Source: Planctomycetota bacterium (lineage in GTDB: Bacteria; Planctomycetota; GCA-002687715; CAIWVZ01). Taken from it: DNA of 64,000 nucleotides. The stretch spans positions 288,001-352,000 of the forward strand of contig JBGANV010000005.1 of the NCBI GenBank assembly GCA_044222185.1, read 5' to 3'. The notes beneath the pieces are model-generated. The model worked only from the letters and a program-made list of their open reading frames with translations, searched no databases and was not told the origin of the DNA. Position 1 is the stretch's first letter. Every line of letters starts with the position of its first letter. Made by a program: the position numbers and the translations under genes. Shown here piece by piece: positions 1 to 9,400 of the stretch.

Positions 1-340
1 GGCGGCGATCTTTACGAGACGTCGATGGTCGGACGGCATGGGGTCACCTCGGGGCAAAAGGTGCCGGAAGCGGGCGGATCATACCGGGCCGATCGTGGAC
101 TGTCGGCCGCTGCAAAAAAATCCGCGCCCGTGGTTCGGCAGGCCATCGAACGGCGCTCACGCGGCGATCGCGCCGATGCCTGAACTCCCGGAGCGAATGG
201 GTTCCCGCGAGCCTGTCCGCCATCGGCACCGTCGGTCATGGGCCACTGGCGCGAACCTCCTGTCCCGGTGTAGAAGGGTCGCGACATCGGCGAGCGCTGC
301 CCCCAGCCCAGGCGCGTTCCCGCAACCGGAGGAGTCCTCC

Positions 341-1468
341 ATGTCGCATTCATCGTCGCTTCGCGTTGCTCTCACGTTGGTTGCGGCGTCCGCGTCGCTT
401 CTGGCCCAGTCCTTCGACATCTGCGGGAACCCGACGGGCTCCGCAGGTCCTGGTGTCGACACGCCGGGAGCCACCGTGAGTTCGTTCACGGGAGTGAACC
501 CCCGCAGCTCGGATCTGGACACCTGGGGCGGCCTCCTGATCGCCACGAGCGCCTACGCCCCGTTGAGCGGAATCAGGGCCTACGATCCCTTCACCGGGAA
601 CCTCGTCCAGGCGATCCCCACGAGCTCGACGGCCGAGTTTGGTCTGGCGTTCGATTCCCTGCGAGCGCGCTTCGTGACGACGAACGTGAGCCTGAGCCTC
701 ATCAACCAGTTCGACGGCGTGAACCCGACGCCGATCGCGTCGCTGCCGGCGCCGGGGCCGGGCGCCACGGGGATCGGGTACGACTCCCTGCGCGACCTCT
801 ACTGGATCTGTCTGTGGCAGTCGAATTCCATCGTGGCCGTGAGCCCGAGCACGAACGGCGTCGTGTCGACCTACTCGACGGCAAGCTTCGGGTGCACGCG
901 TCCCGCAGGCGTGGCCTACGACGTCGGGAACGATCTGGTGCTGGTCGGTGGTCGCGATCAGGTCGCCACATTCGCGTTCCACCCGGCGACCGGAGCTCTC
1001 GCCTGGAGCGTCCCCGCGGCCGGGGGAAGCAGCAGTCCCCAGGGCGTCGCGATCTTCCAGAACGATGCGACGGTCTGGACGAGTGCGTTTTCAACCGCCG
1101 GCATCTTCCAGGTCGAGGGCGTCGCCATGCCCACGCTCGTCTTCGACGTCTCCACGCCAGGGGCACTGACGATCGTCATGACCCAGGTCGGCGCCGCGTC
1201 CGACCGGCGTCTCTTCGCGGACGTGATCCCGGGGCCCTACACCGCGAGCGGGCCGTTCGGCGGTGCCAGCGTCAGCTTCAGCCAGGTCCTCCTGACTCTG
1301 TCGTGGCCGGCGGGAGTTGGACCGTTCAGCAACTTCGGACCTGCGGCAACCGTCACCTACGGACCCTTCGCCCTGCCGCCAGGCCTCACTCTCAACGGCG
1401 TGACGGTCGACTTCGTGGGCGGCATCCCCATGCCCCCGTTCGTCGCCGCCGGCGGAACGATCTTCTGA
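341..1468 (+). CDS. Secreted beta-propeller protein (YncE/NHL-like) with C-terminal domain
   Basis: Within ORF 38..1468. ATG 341 follows GGAGGAG. Signal peptide MSHSSSLRVALTLVAASASLLAQ; repeated GLAFD/GIGYD/GVAYD blade motifs. Confidence 0.7.
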   Translation: MSHSSSLRVALTLVAASASLLAQSFDICGNPTGSAGPGVDTPGATVSSFTGVNPRSSDLDTWGGLLIATSAYAPLSGIRAYDPFTGNLVQAIPTSSTAEFGLAFDSLRARFVTTNVSLSLINQFDGVNPTPIASLPAPGPGATGIGYDSLRDLYWICLWQSNSIVAVSPSTNGVVSTYSTASFGCTRPAGVAYDVGNDLVLVGGRDQVATFAFHPATGALAWSVPAAGGSSSPQGVAIFQNDATVWTSAFSTAGIFQVEGVAMPTLVFDVSTPGALTIVMTQVGAASDRRLFADVIPGPYTASGPFGGASVSFSQVLLTLSWPAGVGPFSNFGPAATVTYGPFALPPGLTLNGVTVDFVGGIPMPPFVAAGGTIF

Positions 1469-1621
1469 TCCGAATCTGTCCGAGGTGGACGCCCGGGCCG
1501 ACCACGCTCCGATTTCGCCGGCGGCCAACGCAACCGATAGCGCAGGAGTCACTTGCGACGGCCCGACGGCGCGGTCGCGGCCGATCGTCCGTTGAAATCG
1601 CGACCCCGCCGCCGACAGTTG

Positions 1622-1765
1622 CCTTCGCCGAGTGGCTCGCCGCGCGAGTCAACGGGAGACCCACGGACGCGATGGTCGCGGCCAAATGGGGCTAACCGCT
1701 CACGAAAGCGGCGGAGACCTCCAGACTCCGAGCCCGTCAGCTAATCCCGTAGGCGTGTCGGAGGA
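1622..1765 (+). ncRNA. c-di-AMP riboswitch (ydaO/yuaA class)
   Basis: Consensus blocks in order: CGCCGA, ACGGGAGACCCA, TGGGGCTAA, GGCGGAG..CTCCGAGCCCGTCAGCTAATCCCGTAGGCG. CGCC 1626 pairs with GGCG 1752 and ACGGGA 1652 with TCCCGT 1745. Lies directly upstream of a KimA/YdaO homologue. Confidence 0.85.
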
Positions 1766-1814
1766 ACGGCGCGCATCGCAGTCGACGCAGTTCCCATTTC
1801 CTGGGATTCGCCTC

Positions 1815-3866
1815 ATGTCGCTTCGCTCTCGCGTCCGTCGCGCCCTCGTGGGCGCTCCGAAGGACGTCAAAGACCCTCATGCGTTCCACCGCCTGTCCCT
1901 CGTGGCCCTCCTCGCCTGGGTCGGACTCGGCGCGGACGGGCTCTCGTCGAGCGCCTACGGTCCCGCCGAGGCGTTCCAGGCGCTCGGCACCCACACCGGG
2001 CTCGCCGTGTTCCTCGCTCTCGCGACCGGGCTGACCGTTCTCGTCATCAGCTACGGGTACAGCCGGATCATCGAGCAGTTCCCGTCGGGCGGCGGCGGCT
2101 ACGTCGTGGCGAGCCGCCTTCTCGGACCGCGGGCCGGTGTCCTCTCGGGGTCGGCACTCCTCGTCGACTACGTTCTGACGATCGCAATCTCGTTGGCGTC
2201 CGGGGCCGACGCCATCCTGAGCTTCCTCCCGGACGAACTCCGAGGCTGGGGGTTCCGGCTTGCGGCCCTTGGCCTCGTGGTGCTGGCCGTCATGAACCTC
2301 CGTGGCGTGAAGGAATCGGTGACGGCCATCGCGCCGATCTTCGTCGTCTTCCTGCTGACTCACGCGACGCTCCTCGTGGCGGCGTTCGTCGGCCACGCGG
2401 GACAGATTCCGGCCGTCGTGCACGAGGTCCGAACGAACGTCGGTGAGAGCGTGGGCGCTCTCGGGCTCATGGGTGCTCTTGGGCTGTTCGTGCGCGCCTA
2501 TTCGCTCGGCGGCGGGACGTACACGGGGATCGAGGCGGTCTCGAACGGTGTGGCACTGATGCGCGAGCCGCGGGTCCAGACCGCCAAGCGGACCATGGGC
2601 CTCATGGGCGTCTCGCTCGCGCTGACGGCCGCGGGGATCCTCATCGCCTATCTGCTCTTCGAGGTGCGCCCCGACGGCACGAACCGGACGCTGAATGCGA
2701 TCCTGCTCGACGCCGTCGCCGGGAAGTGGCAGATCGCGGGGATCTCGGTCGGGAAGGCGTTCGTGATCACGGCGCTGATCAGCGAGGGCGCACTGCTGTT
2801 CGTGGCAGCGCAAGCGGGATTCATCGACGGGCCGCGCGTCATGGCGAACATGGCGAGCGACTCCTGGCTGCCGCACCGGTTCTCGGCTCTCTCCGACCGC
2901 CTCACGATGCAGAACGGCGTGCTCTTGATGGCTGCCGCTGCCGGCGCCGCACTCCTGTACACCGGGTCCAGCGTCTCCAAGCTGGTCGTCATGTACTCGA
3001 TCAACGTCTTCCTCACGTTCTCACTGTCGAACATCGCCATGATCCGATTCTGGCTGACTCGGCGTCAGGTGGAGGCGAAGTGGCGAAAGCACCTTGCGGT
3101 GCATGGACTCGGCGCGCTCTTGTGCATGACGATCCTCGCCGTGACGGTCGTGGAGAAATTCGCAGAGGGCGGCTGGGTCACGCTGGTGATCACGGCGGGT
3201 GTCGCGGCACTGTGCTTCACCGTCAAGCGGCACTACGTCGGCGTCGTGAAGGCGATACGCCAGCTCGATCTGGACCTGCCCGATTCCCTGCAGCGCACGC
3301 CGGTGCCGAGTCGCGACGACCTCGCGGACGTTCCGACGATCGGAGCTCCGGATCCGTCGCACCCGGTCATCATCCTCTTCGTCGGAGCCTATGGCGGACT
3401 TGGCCGGCACGCGCTGATGTCGTCCATGCGCATGTTCCCCGGGCACTTCAAAGGCGTGATCTTCGTCAGCGTCGCCGCCGTCGACTCGGATGCATTCAAG
3501 AGCCTGGACGAGCTGCATCAAGTGGAGAAGCGCACGCGCGACGCCCTGGATGCGTACGTGCATTACGCCGCGTCGCTCGGGTTGCCCGCCGAATCGACCT
3601 ACGCCATCGGCACCGATGTACCGCTGGAGGCGGAAGCCCTCGGACGCGCGCTCATCGCCCGGTATCGCCGGGGCCTGGCCGTCGCCGGCCAACTCGTGTT
3701 CGCCGAGGAAGGCGCGTGGAGTCGACTCCTCCACAACGAAACCGCGTTCGCGATCCAACGCCGCCTGCAACACGCCGGCGTTCCGATGATCGTGGTGCCG
3801 GTCCGGCTCGACCGCCGCGAGCGGCCGACGGCGGGCATCAACTCGCCGCTCGCGCCCGCAGTCTGA
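1815..3866 (+). CDS. kimA: KimA/YdaO-like APC-superfamily potassium transporter
   Basis: DGLSSSAYGP, YTGIEAVSNG and C-terminal LLHNETA motifs; about 12 hydrophobic segments plus a cytosolic domain. Start chosen at MSLRSRVRR because the longer ORF runs through the riboswitch. Confidence 0.8.
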   Translation: MSLRSRVRRALVGAPKDVKDPHAFHRLSLVALLAWVGLGADGLSSSAYGPAEAFQALGTHTGLAVFLALATGLTVLVISYGYSRIIEQFPSGGGGYVVASRLLGPRAGVLSGSALLVDYVLTIAISLASGADAILSFLPDELRGWGFRLAALGLVVLAVMNLRGVKESVTAIAPIFVVFLLTHATLLVAAFVGHAGQIPAVVHEVRTNVGESVGALGLMGALGLFVRAYSLGGGTYTGIEAVSNGVALMREPRVQTAKRTMGLMGVSLALTAAGILIAYLLFEVRPDGTNRTLNAILLDAVAGKWQIAGISVGKAFVITALISEGALLFVAAQAGFIDGPRVMANMASDSWLPHRFSALSDRLTMQNGVLLMAAAAGAALLYTGSSVSKLVVMYSINVFLTFSLSNIAMIRFWLTRRQVEAKWRKHLAVHGLGALLCMTILAVTVVEKFAEGGWVTLVITAGVAALCFTVKRHYVGVVKAIRQLDLDLPDSLQRTPVPSRDDLADVPTIGAPDPSHPVIILFVGAYGGLGRHALMSSMRMFPGHFKGVIFVSVAAVDSDAFKSLDELHQVEKRTRDALDAYVHYAASLGLPAESTYAIGTDVPLEAEALGRALIARYRRGLAVAGQLVFAEEGAWSRLLHNETAFAIQRRLQHAGVPMIVVPVRLDRRERPTAGINSPLAPAV

Positions 3867-3886
3867 TTGCGCTGGTCCGGCCGCGC

Positions 3887-4401
3887 GGAGCGCCAAGCTC
3901 CAGCTTGGCTGGACGGGCCGGGCTCCAGCCCGGCCCGGGTTCTCCAACACGCGTTTCGCGGTCGATGGCTGGCAGGGGCGCTGGCGGACGAATGACGGTT
4001 AGGCGCGTTCGCGGCCGGGCTGGAGCCCTGCCAACCGGCCAGGTGAAACCTGGCGCTCCTGGCCGGCCCGACTTCGTCGTCACGCGTTCGGCGCCGCGCA
4101 CTGCAACCGATGGCTGGCAGGGGCGCTGGCGGACGAACGACGGTCAGCGGCGTTCGCGGCAGGGCTGGAGCCCTGCCAACCGGCCAGGTGGAACCTGGCG
4201 CTCCGGCCGGCCGCGCGGAGCGCCAAGCTCCAGCTTGGCTGGATGGGCCGGGCTCCAGCCCGGCCCGGGATCTCCAACGCGCATTCGGCGCCGCACACCG
4301 CAGTCCATGGCTGGCAGTCGCGCCGCCGAACGAACGCGGGTCAGCCGGGTTCGCGGCAGGGCTGGAGCCCGGCGAGCCGGCGAGGTGGAAACTGCCGCGC
4401 C
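3887..4401. repeat. Cluster of REP-like palindromic units in inverted and direct arrangement
   Basis: Unit A (GGAGCGCCAAGCTCCAGCTTGGCTGGAYGGGCCGGGCTCCAGCCCGGCC) at ~3887 and ~4217. Its approximate reverse complement B (GGGCTGGAGCCCTGCCAACCGGCCAGGTGRAACCTGGCGCTCC) ends at ~4059 and ~4204, with a degenerate copy at ~4354-4401. Confidence 0.75.
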
Positions 4402-4411
4402 GAAAAAGCGG

Positions 4412-4439
4412 TGAACCGCGTGCGGCAAACGGCGTTCAT
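4412..4439 (+). promoter_or_regulatory. Putative ECF sigma factor promoter
   Basis: TGAACC-N15-CGTTCAT (AAC-N16-CGT pattern) about 55 nt before ATG 4495. Confidence 0.35.
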
Positions 4440-4494
4440 CAGGGCAGCCGTGCGCCAGCTCCGGGCGCGAGGCCCCAGAAGGAACAGCCAAAAC

Positions 4495-6369
4495 ATGCTC
4501 ACTCGCCAGCGTTTCGCAGCCGGTCTCGCAATCTGGCTCGGACTCCTCTCCGCCACACCGGTCGCCTCCGGGCAGACCGCCGGCGATGGACCGTACTGGA
4601 CCTCGATCCCAACCCCCGCCAACTTCGTGAGCCTGCAGGGACTCGGCTCGACGATCTACCTGCGAACGCTCACGGACGTGAGCTTCTACTCCGGCATCAC
4701 GCACAACTGGACGGTCATCCCGATCTCCAGCCCCACGGTGAGCGTGTTCAACGACTACGCCATCGTTCGCGACGGCAACACGATCTGGGGCTACTCGAAT
4801 CGCACGGGGCAGGCTCAAGCGATCACGGTCACCGCATCAGCCGTGATCACGAACGGCCCGGCCTCGTCGTCGTGGATCTGCGTGGTGCGTGACGGGGCGA
4901 CGCTGTATGGATTCGGCGCGTTCAATGGCACGTGGGCGCAGACCACGGCCGCGTCGAGCACGACGACGATCGCCGCCGGTTCGTATGTTGCCGTCGTCGA
5001 GGACGGCACGAACGCGTACGCGATCGGAGCCCACCAGGGGACCTGGGTCTCGACTCCCGCGCCCGGCGTCACGGTGTCGGCCGGTGGGCTCATGGGCGCG
5101 GCGCTCGACGGCGCCACGATGCAGTGCTTCTCGTCACGGTGGAACACCTGGGTCTCGCAGCCATTCACCGGGACCGGCGCGCCCACGTTCAAGGACGAGT
5201 TCTGCTTCGTGCAGAGCCCGGGCCAAACCGTGGCCTACAGCGCGTTGACCAACGGCTTCACGTCGATCACCTACCCGTCAGGTATTCCATCAGGCACGAT
5301 CCACAACCGCTGCGTCCTCGGAGTCATCAGCGCGAACACGATCACGCTGTACGCGCCCGGCACCGGTGTGACGGCGACGCTGACGACGCCCAACGCACCG
5401 CTGTCACAGATCAACGCCGAGTTCATCCTGGTCGACGACGGCGCCGGCATCACGGCGTTCTCCGGATTGACCGGTCACGTCTCGCCCTACCTCCCCGGAA
5501 CGTTCACGTTCACGTTGAACGAGGATGTGGCCTACGCCCAGGGCTCGAGCGGCTCGTTCGCCTACAGCGCGATCACGGGGAACTGGACGCCGGCGCCCGC
5601 GGTGACGCCGACGCAGGTCCAGACCGTCCGCAACGCGATCATCCTCGCGACGCCGACCGGATACGAAGCCTTCGCCGCACGCTACGACAGCTGGTCGTCA
5701 CTCGTGACCGCCACTCCGAACACGTTCGTCACGTCCTCCGTCGGCGCCACGTTCTGCGCCATCGACGGCTCGACTGTGGCCGCTTTCGACACGCGGCTCG
5801 GCCGTTGGAACTCCAAGACACTCGCCGCCCCGTTCGCCCAGGGAAGTGTCTGGCGCATGACGTTGATCGTTCAGGATGGCGTGAACCTCTACGGCTTCAG
5901 CCAGCTCAACGACGTGTGGGACCAGATCCCCTTCACCGGCCCCCTCTCCCAGTTCACGGCGAACGACTCCATCGCCTGGGCGCGAACCGCCACGGACATC
6001 CACGTCTATGCGCCCAACGGCTCCTTCTCGACGATCTCCCGGTTTGCCGAATTCACGCGCATGCAGTCGCGCGGGACGCCGCTCCGCCTCGTGCAGACGG
6101 GCCAGGTCGGCAGCCAGGTCGAGATGGCCCTTTCGCTCGGCCGGGCCTTCATCCCGCTCGGGTCACTCGGAACCGTCGTCGTCGATCCGAACCAGCTCGT
6201 CGGCATCCTCCCCCTCGGAACGATCGGTTCCAGCGGGGCGCTCGACGTCTCCATCCTCGTCCCGACCGACCCCTCGCTGAACGGGCTCCAGATCTTCCTG
6301 CAGAACGTCGTGACGCCGCCCACGGGTCCGATCTACGTCTCGAACGGGGTCGCTCCCGTGATCATCTGA
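4495..6369 (+). CDS. Secreted repeat protein (probable double beta-propeller) with C-terminal domain
   Basis: Signal peptide MLTRQRFAAGLAIWLGLLSATPVASGQ; about 13 repeats of ~38 aa with (A/G)(Y/F)SxxTGxW; ends ..LNGLQIFLQ..YVSNGVAPVII. Confidence 0.7.
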   Translation: MLTRQRFAAGLAIWLGLLSATPVASGQTAGDGPYWTSIPTPANFVSLQGLGSTIYLRTLTDVSFYSGITHNWTVIPISSPTVSVFNDYAIVRDGNTIWGYSNRTGQAQAITVTASAVITNGPASSSWICVVRDGATLYGFGAFNGTWAQTTAASSTTTIAAGSYVAVVEDGTNAYAIGAHQGTWVSTPAPGVTVSAGGLMGAALDGATMQCFSSRWNTWVSQPFTGTGAPTFKDEFCFVQSPGQTVAYSALTNGFTSITYPSGIPSGTIHNRCVLGVISANTITLYAPGTGVTATLTTPNAPLSQINAEFILVDDGAGITAFSGLTGHVSPYLPGTFTFTLNEDVAYAQGSSGSFAYSAITGNWTPAPAVTPTQVQTVRNAIILATPTGYEAFAARYDSWSSLVTATPNTFVTSSVGATFCAIDGSTVAAFDTRLGRWNSKTLAAPFAQGSVWRMTLIVQDGVNLYGFSQLNDVWDQIPFTGPLSQFTANDSIAWARTATDIHVYAPNGSFSTISRFAEFTRMQSRGTPLRLVQTGQVGSQVEMALSLGRAFIPLGSLGTVVVDPNQLVGILPLGTIGSSGALDVSILVPTDPSLNGLQIFLQNVVTPPTGPIYVSNGVAPVII

Positions 6370-6397
6370 CGTCGCTCGGATCACGCGTCGTTCTCGC

Positions 6398-6430
6398 GAA
6401 GGTGGGGGCCCGCCCGGGTCGCCCACCTTC
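6398..6430. other. Intergenic stem-loop
   Basis: GAAGGTGGG(6398)...CCCACCTTC(6430) inverted repeat with an inner stem and no U-tract, 18 nt before the next ATG. Confidence 0.45.
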
Positions 6431-6448
6431 TGCCGTCTCAGAGACTTC

Positions 6449-9400
6449 ATGAAACCGACCCCAATCGCCCGCGCAGTCCTGCTGCTGGGGCTCGCCGCGC
6501 TGACGGCGACGGCTCAAGACACGGAGCCAGGACGTCCCCTCGTGGCGCTGCTCGGCCTGCATGGGGGTGTCGCCGAGCGACTTCGTCCCGCGCTCGAATC
6601 CGTCGGGCTCGACGCCTGCGACCTGAACGAGGAGGGGCTCCTCGTCGACGCCGCGCCGCTTCGACGCACGGGCGTCGTCATTCTCCAGACGCTCCGCGGC
6701 GAGCGCGCCGCTGCCATGCAGCGCGTGTTCGACGCCGCGAAGGCCGCCAACCCGGCGATCCGTTTCCTGACCGTCTCTGCACCCGCGGCGGCGCAGGGAT
6801 CCGGGGCGCCGTCGAGTTCCCGACCCACGACACGGCGTTCCATCGTCGAGTCCGATCCCACGCTCTCCGCGTACTACGCCGGCGCGACCGAGGAGAACCT
6901 CCGACGGATGGCGGCGTACGTCGCCAGGTCGTACTTCGGTCGCCCCGTCGACGTCCAGCCGCCGGCCCCACGCACGACGGTCGGGCTCTGGCATCCGGAC
7001 CACGACGGGTTCTTCGCGGATGCACCAGCTTTCGAATCCTGGTCCGCATCTCGCCGCCTAACCGGAGCCTCGCCCCCACGCGTGGCGGTCGTCGTCCACG
7101 GCCTTCACCTCGAGTTCCAGGAACCGGAGGTGATTCGCGCGTTGATTCGCTCCCTCGAGGCCCGCGGAGCCGTCGCCGCCGCGATCGTCGACACGGCCGA
7201 AGGCCTCGCCAGCATGCGAGAGACGTACGAAGCCAACATCCTCGGCTTCGCGCCGGACGTCGTCGTGCATACCTGTCACGCGACGGACACGGTGTCCCTC
7301 CGAGAGAAACTCGACGTCGCCCACGTCCACTCGATCTTCTTCACCCGGGATTCCATCGACGAATGGCGAAAGAACCCGGTGGGCCTCGACCCGCACACCG
7401 TGGCATTCCAGATCCTCACGCAGGAGATCATCGGCGGGATCGAGCCGCTGATCGGCGGCGGAACGCGGCACGGTCACGGGTCTGGCGACGCCGTGGTGCC
7501 CATCCCCGACCGGATCGAGCACGTCACCGCCCGCGCCATGCGGTGGGCGACGCTGCATCGCAAGCCGAACGCAAAGAAGCGCGTGGCCCTCCTGTATTAC
7601 GACCGTGAGCTGGACCCCGCGGCCCTCATGCGCGGCTCGACGACCGGCATGTTCATGAACGCGCCGCGGTCGGTCGTCGCCCTCCTCCGGCGGCTCGCGC
7701 ACGAGGGCTACGCCGTGGATCCCATGCCTCGCGACGACTCCGAGTTGATCTCGTGGATGCAGCGCGGCGGGCGCCAGGTCGGGATGTGGGCGAAGGAGAC
7801 GCTCGCGCGCGAAGTCCGTGACGGGAACCCCGTGCTCATCCCCGTCGCCACCTACGCGCGATGGCTGAACGAGGATCTTCCGGCCGAGCGGCGCGCCGAG
7901 ATCCTCGCGCGCTGGGGACCGCCGCCGGGCGAGATCATGACGTGGACGGACGCACGCGGCAGCTTCATCGTCGTGCCGAGGATCGACCTGGGCGGCATCT
8001 CCCTCCTACCCCAGCCCCTCCGCGGCGAGGCGCAGGACCCCAGACTGCTCCACGACCAGTCGGTCCCACCGCCCCACAACTACCTCGCCACGTACCTCTG
8101 GCTCCGGCGCGAACTCGCGGCGGACGCGCTGATCCACTTCGGCACGCACGGCTCCGAGTTCTTCCTCCCCGGCAAGCGCGCCGGACTCGCGTCCGACGAC
8201 TGGTGCGAGATCCTACTCGGCGACCTTCCCAACATCTGCCCGTGGATCGTGAGCAACCTTGGTGAGGTGGGACCGGCAAAACGCCGCACGAACGCAGTCA
8301 TCGTGTCGCATGCGACGCCGCCCGTCGTCGAAGCCGGGTTGACGGACGCGGTGCAGAACCTGCATCAAGACCTGGAGAAGTTCCTCGGGCTCGAGGCTGG
8401 CGCGCTGAAGGAGGGCTTCCGCAAGTCGATCTCCGAGGCTGCGCGCGCTCAGCGGCTCACGACGGATCTCCACGTGCCACCTGGCGACGGGCTCCTCGAC
8501 GACGAGACGCTGAAGCGCCTCGACACGTACCTGCACGAGCTTCGCGAGGAGCGCACGCCCACGAGTCTGCACGTCCTCGGCACGTCGCCCTCGGACGACG
8601 TACTCGCAGCTTACGTCGTGTCGTGTCTGAAGCGAGCGTACCTGGATGCACTCGAGCCCTTGCTGCCGAAGGCTGGCGGTCACGAGAGCGGCGCGCTGGC
8701 ACCCAACGTCCAGAAGGCCGCCGTCCAGGTCGTCGACGGAGTCATCCGCCGCGGGCTCGATGCGGCCGCCGCGCTGAAGGCCGCGGGCATCGATCACGAC
8801 GGCCCGATTCCCGAGCGACTCGCGCGCTCGCTCGAACTGGCGAAGGATCTCGCGAGCCGGCTCTCCCGCGCATCCGAGGAGATCGACGGGATCGTCGCTG
8901 CGCTCAGCGGTCGCTTCGTACGTCCAGGGCCTGGCGGCAGCCCGGTTCGCAACCCGGCATCGGCGCCGGGCGGGCGCAATCTGTTCCTCGTCAACCCGGA
9001 GGAGATTCCAGCCCGTGCGAGCTTCGACCTCGGCCGCCGTCTTCTGGAAGACTTTCTACGCGAGTACCGCGCACGAACGGGCCACCATCCCACGCGCATC
9101 GCGTTCAGCCTCGCCGCGTCGTCCACGTTCCAGGACTACGGAGTTCTCGAATCGCAGGTGTTGGCCGCACTCGGCTGCGAGCCGATCTGGGACGAGAAGA
9201 ACGTGGTTTCCGACGTGCGCGTGATCCCGCGCCCGGAACTGGGTCGGCCCCGCATCGACGTCTTCCTTTCCGGCCAGCCGTTCTATCGCGACACGATGCT
9301 CTCTCGCATGACGCTTCTCGATCGCGCCGTGAGGAAGGTCGCCGATCTCGACGAGGCGGAGAACTTCGTCCGGAAGGAAACGGCGCGCATCGAGTCCGAT

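Noticed and set aside
1632-1814. N-terminal extension of the transporter ORF
   Set aside because: It overlaps the riboswitch aptamer and has no transporter-like sequence.
3887-4401. CRISPR array
   Set aside because: Units occur in both orientations, spacers are related to each other and uneven, and no cas genes are present.
6370-6448. Cobalamin riboswitch before the chelatase gene
   Set aside because: The gap is only 79 bp and lacks the B12-box consensus.
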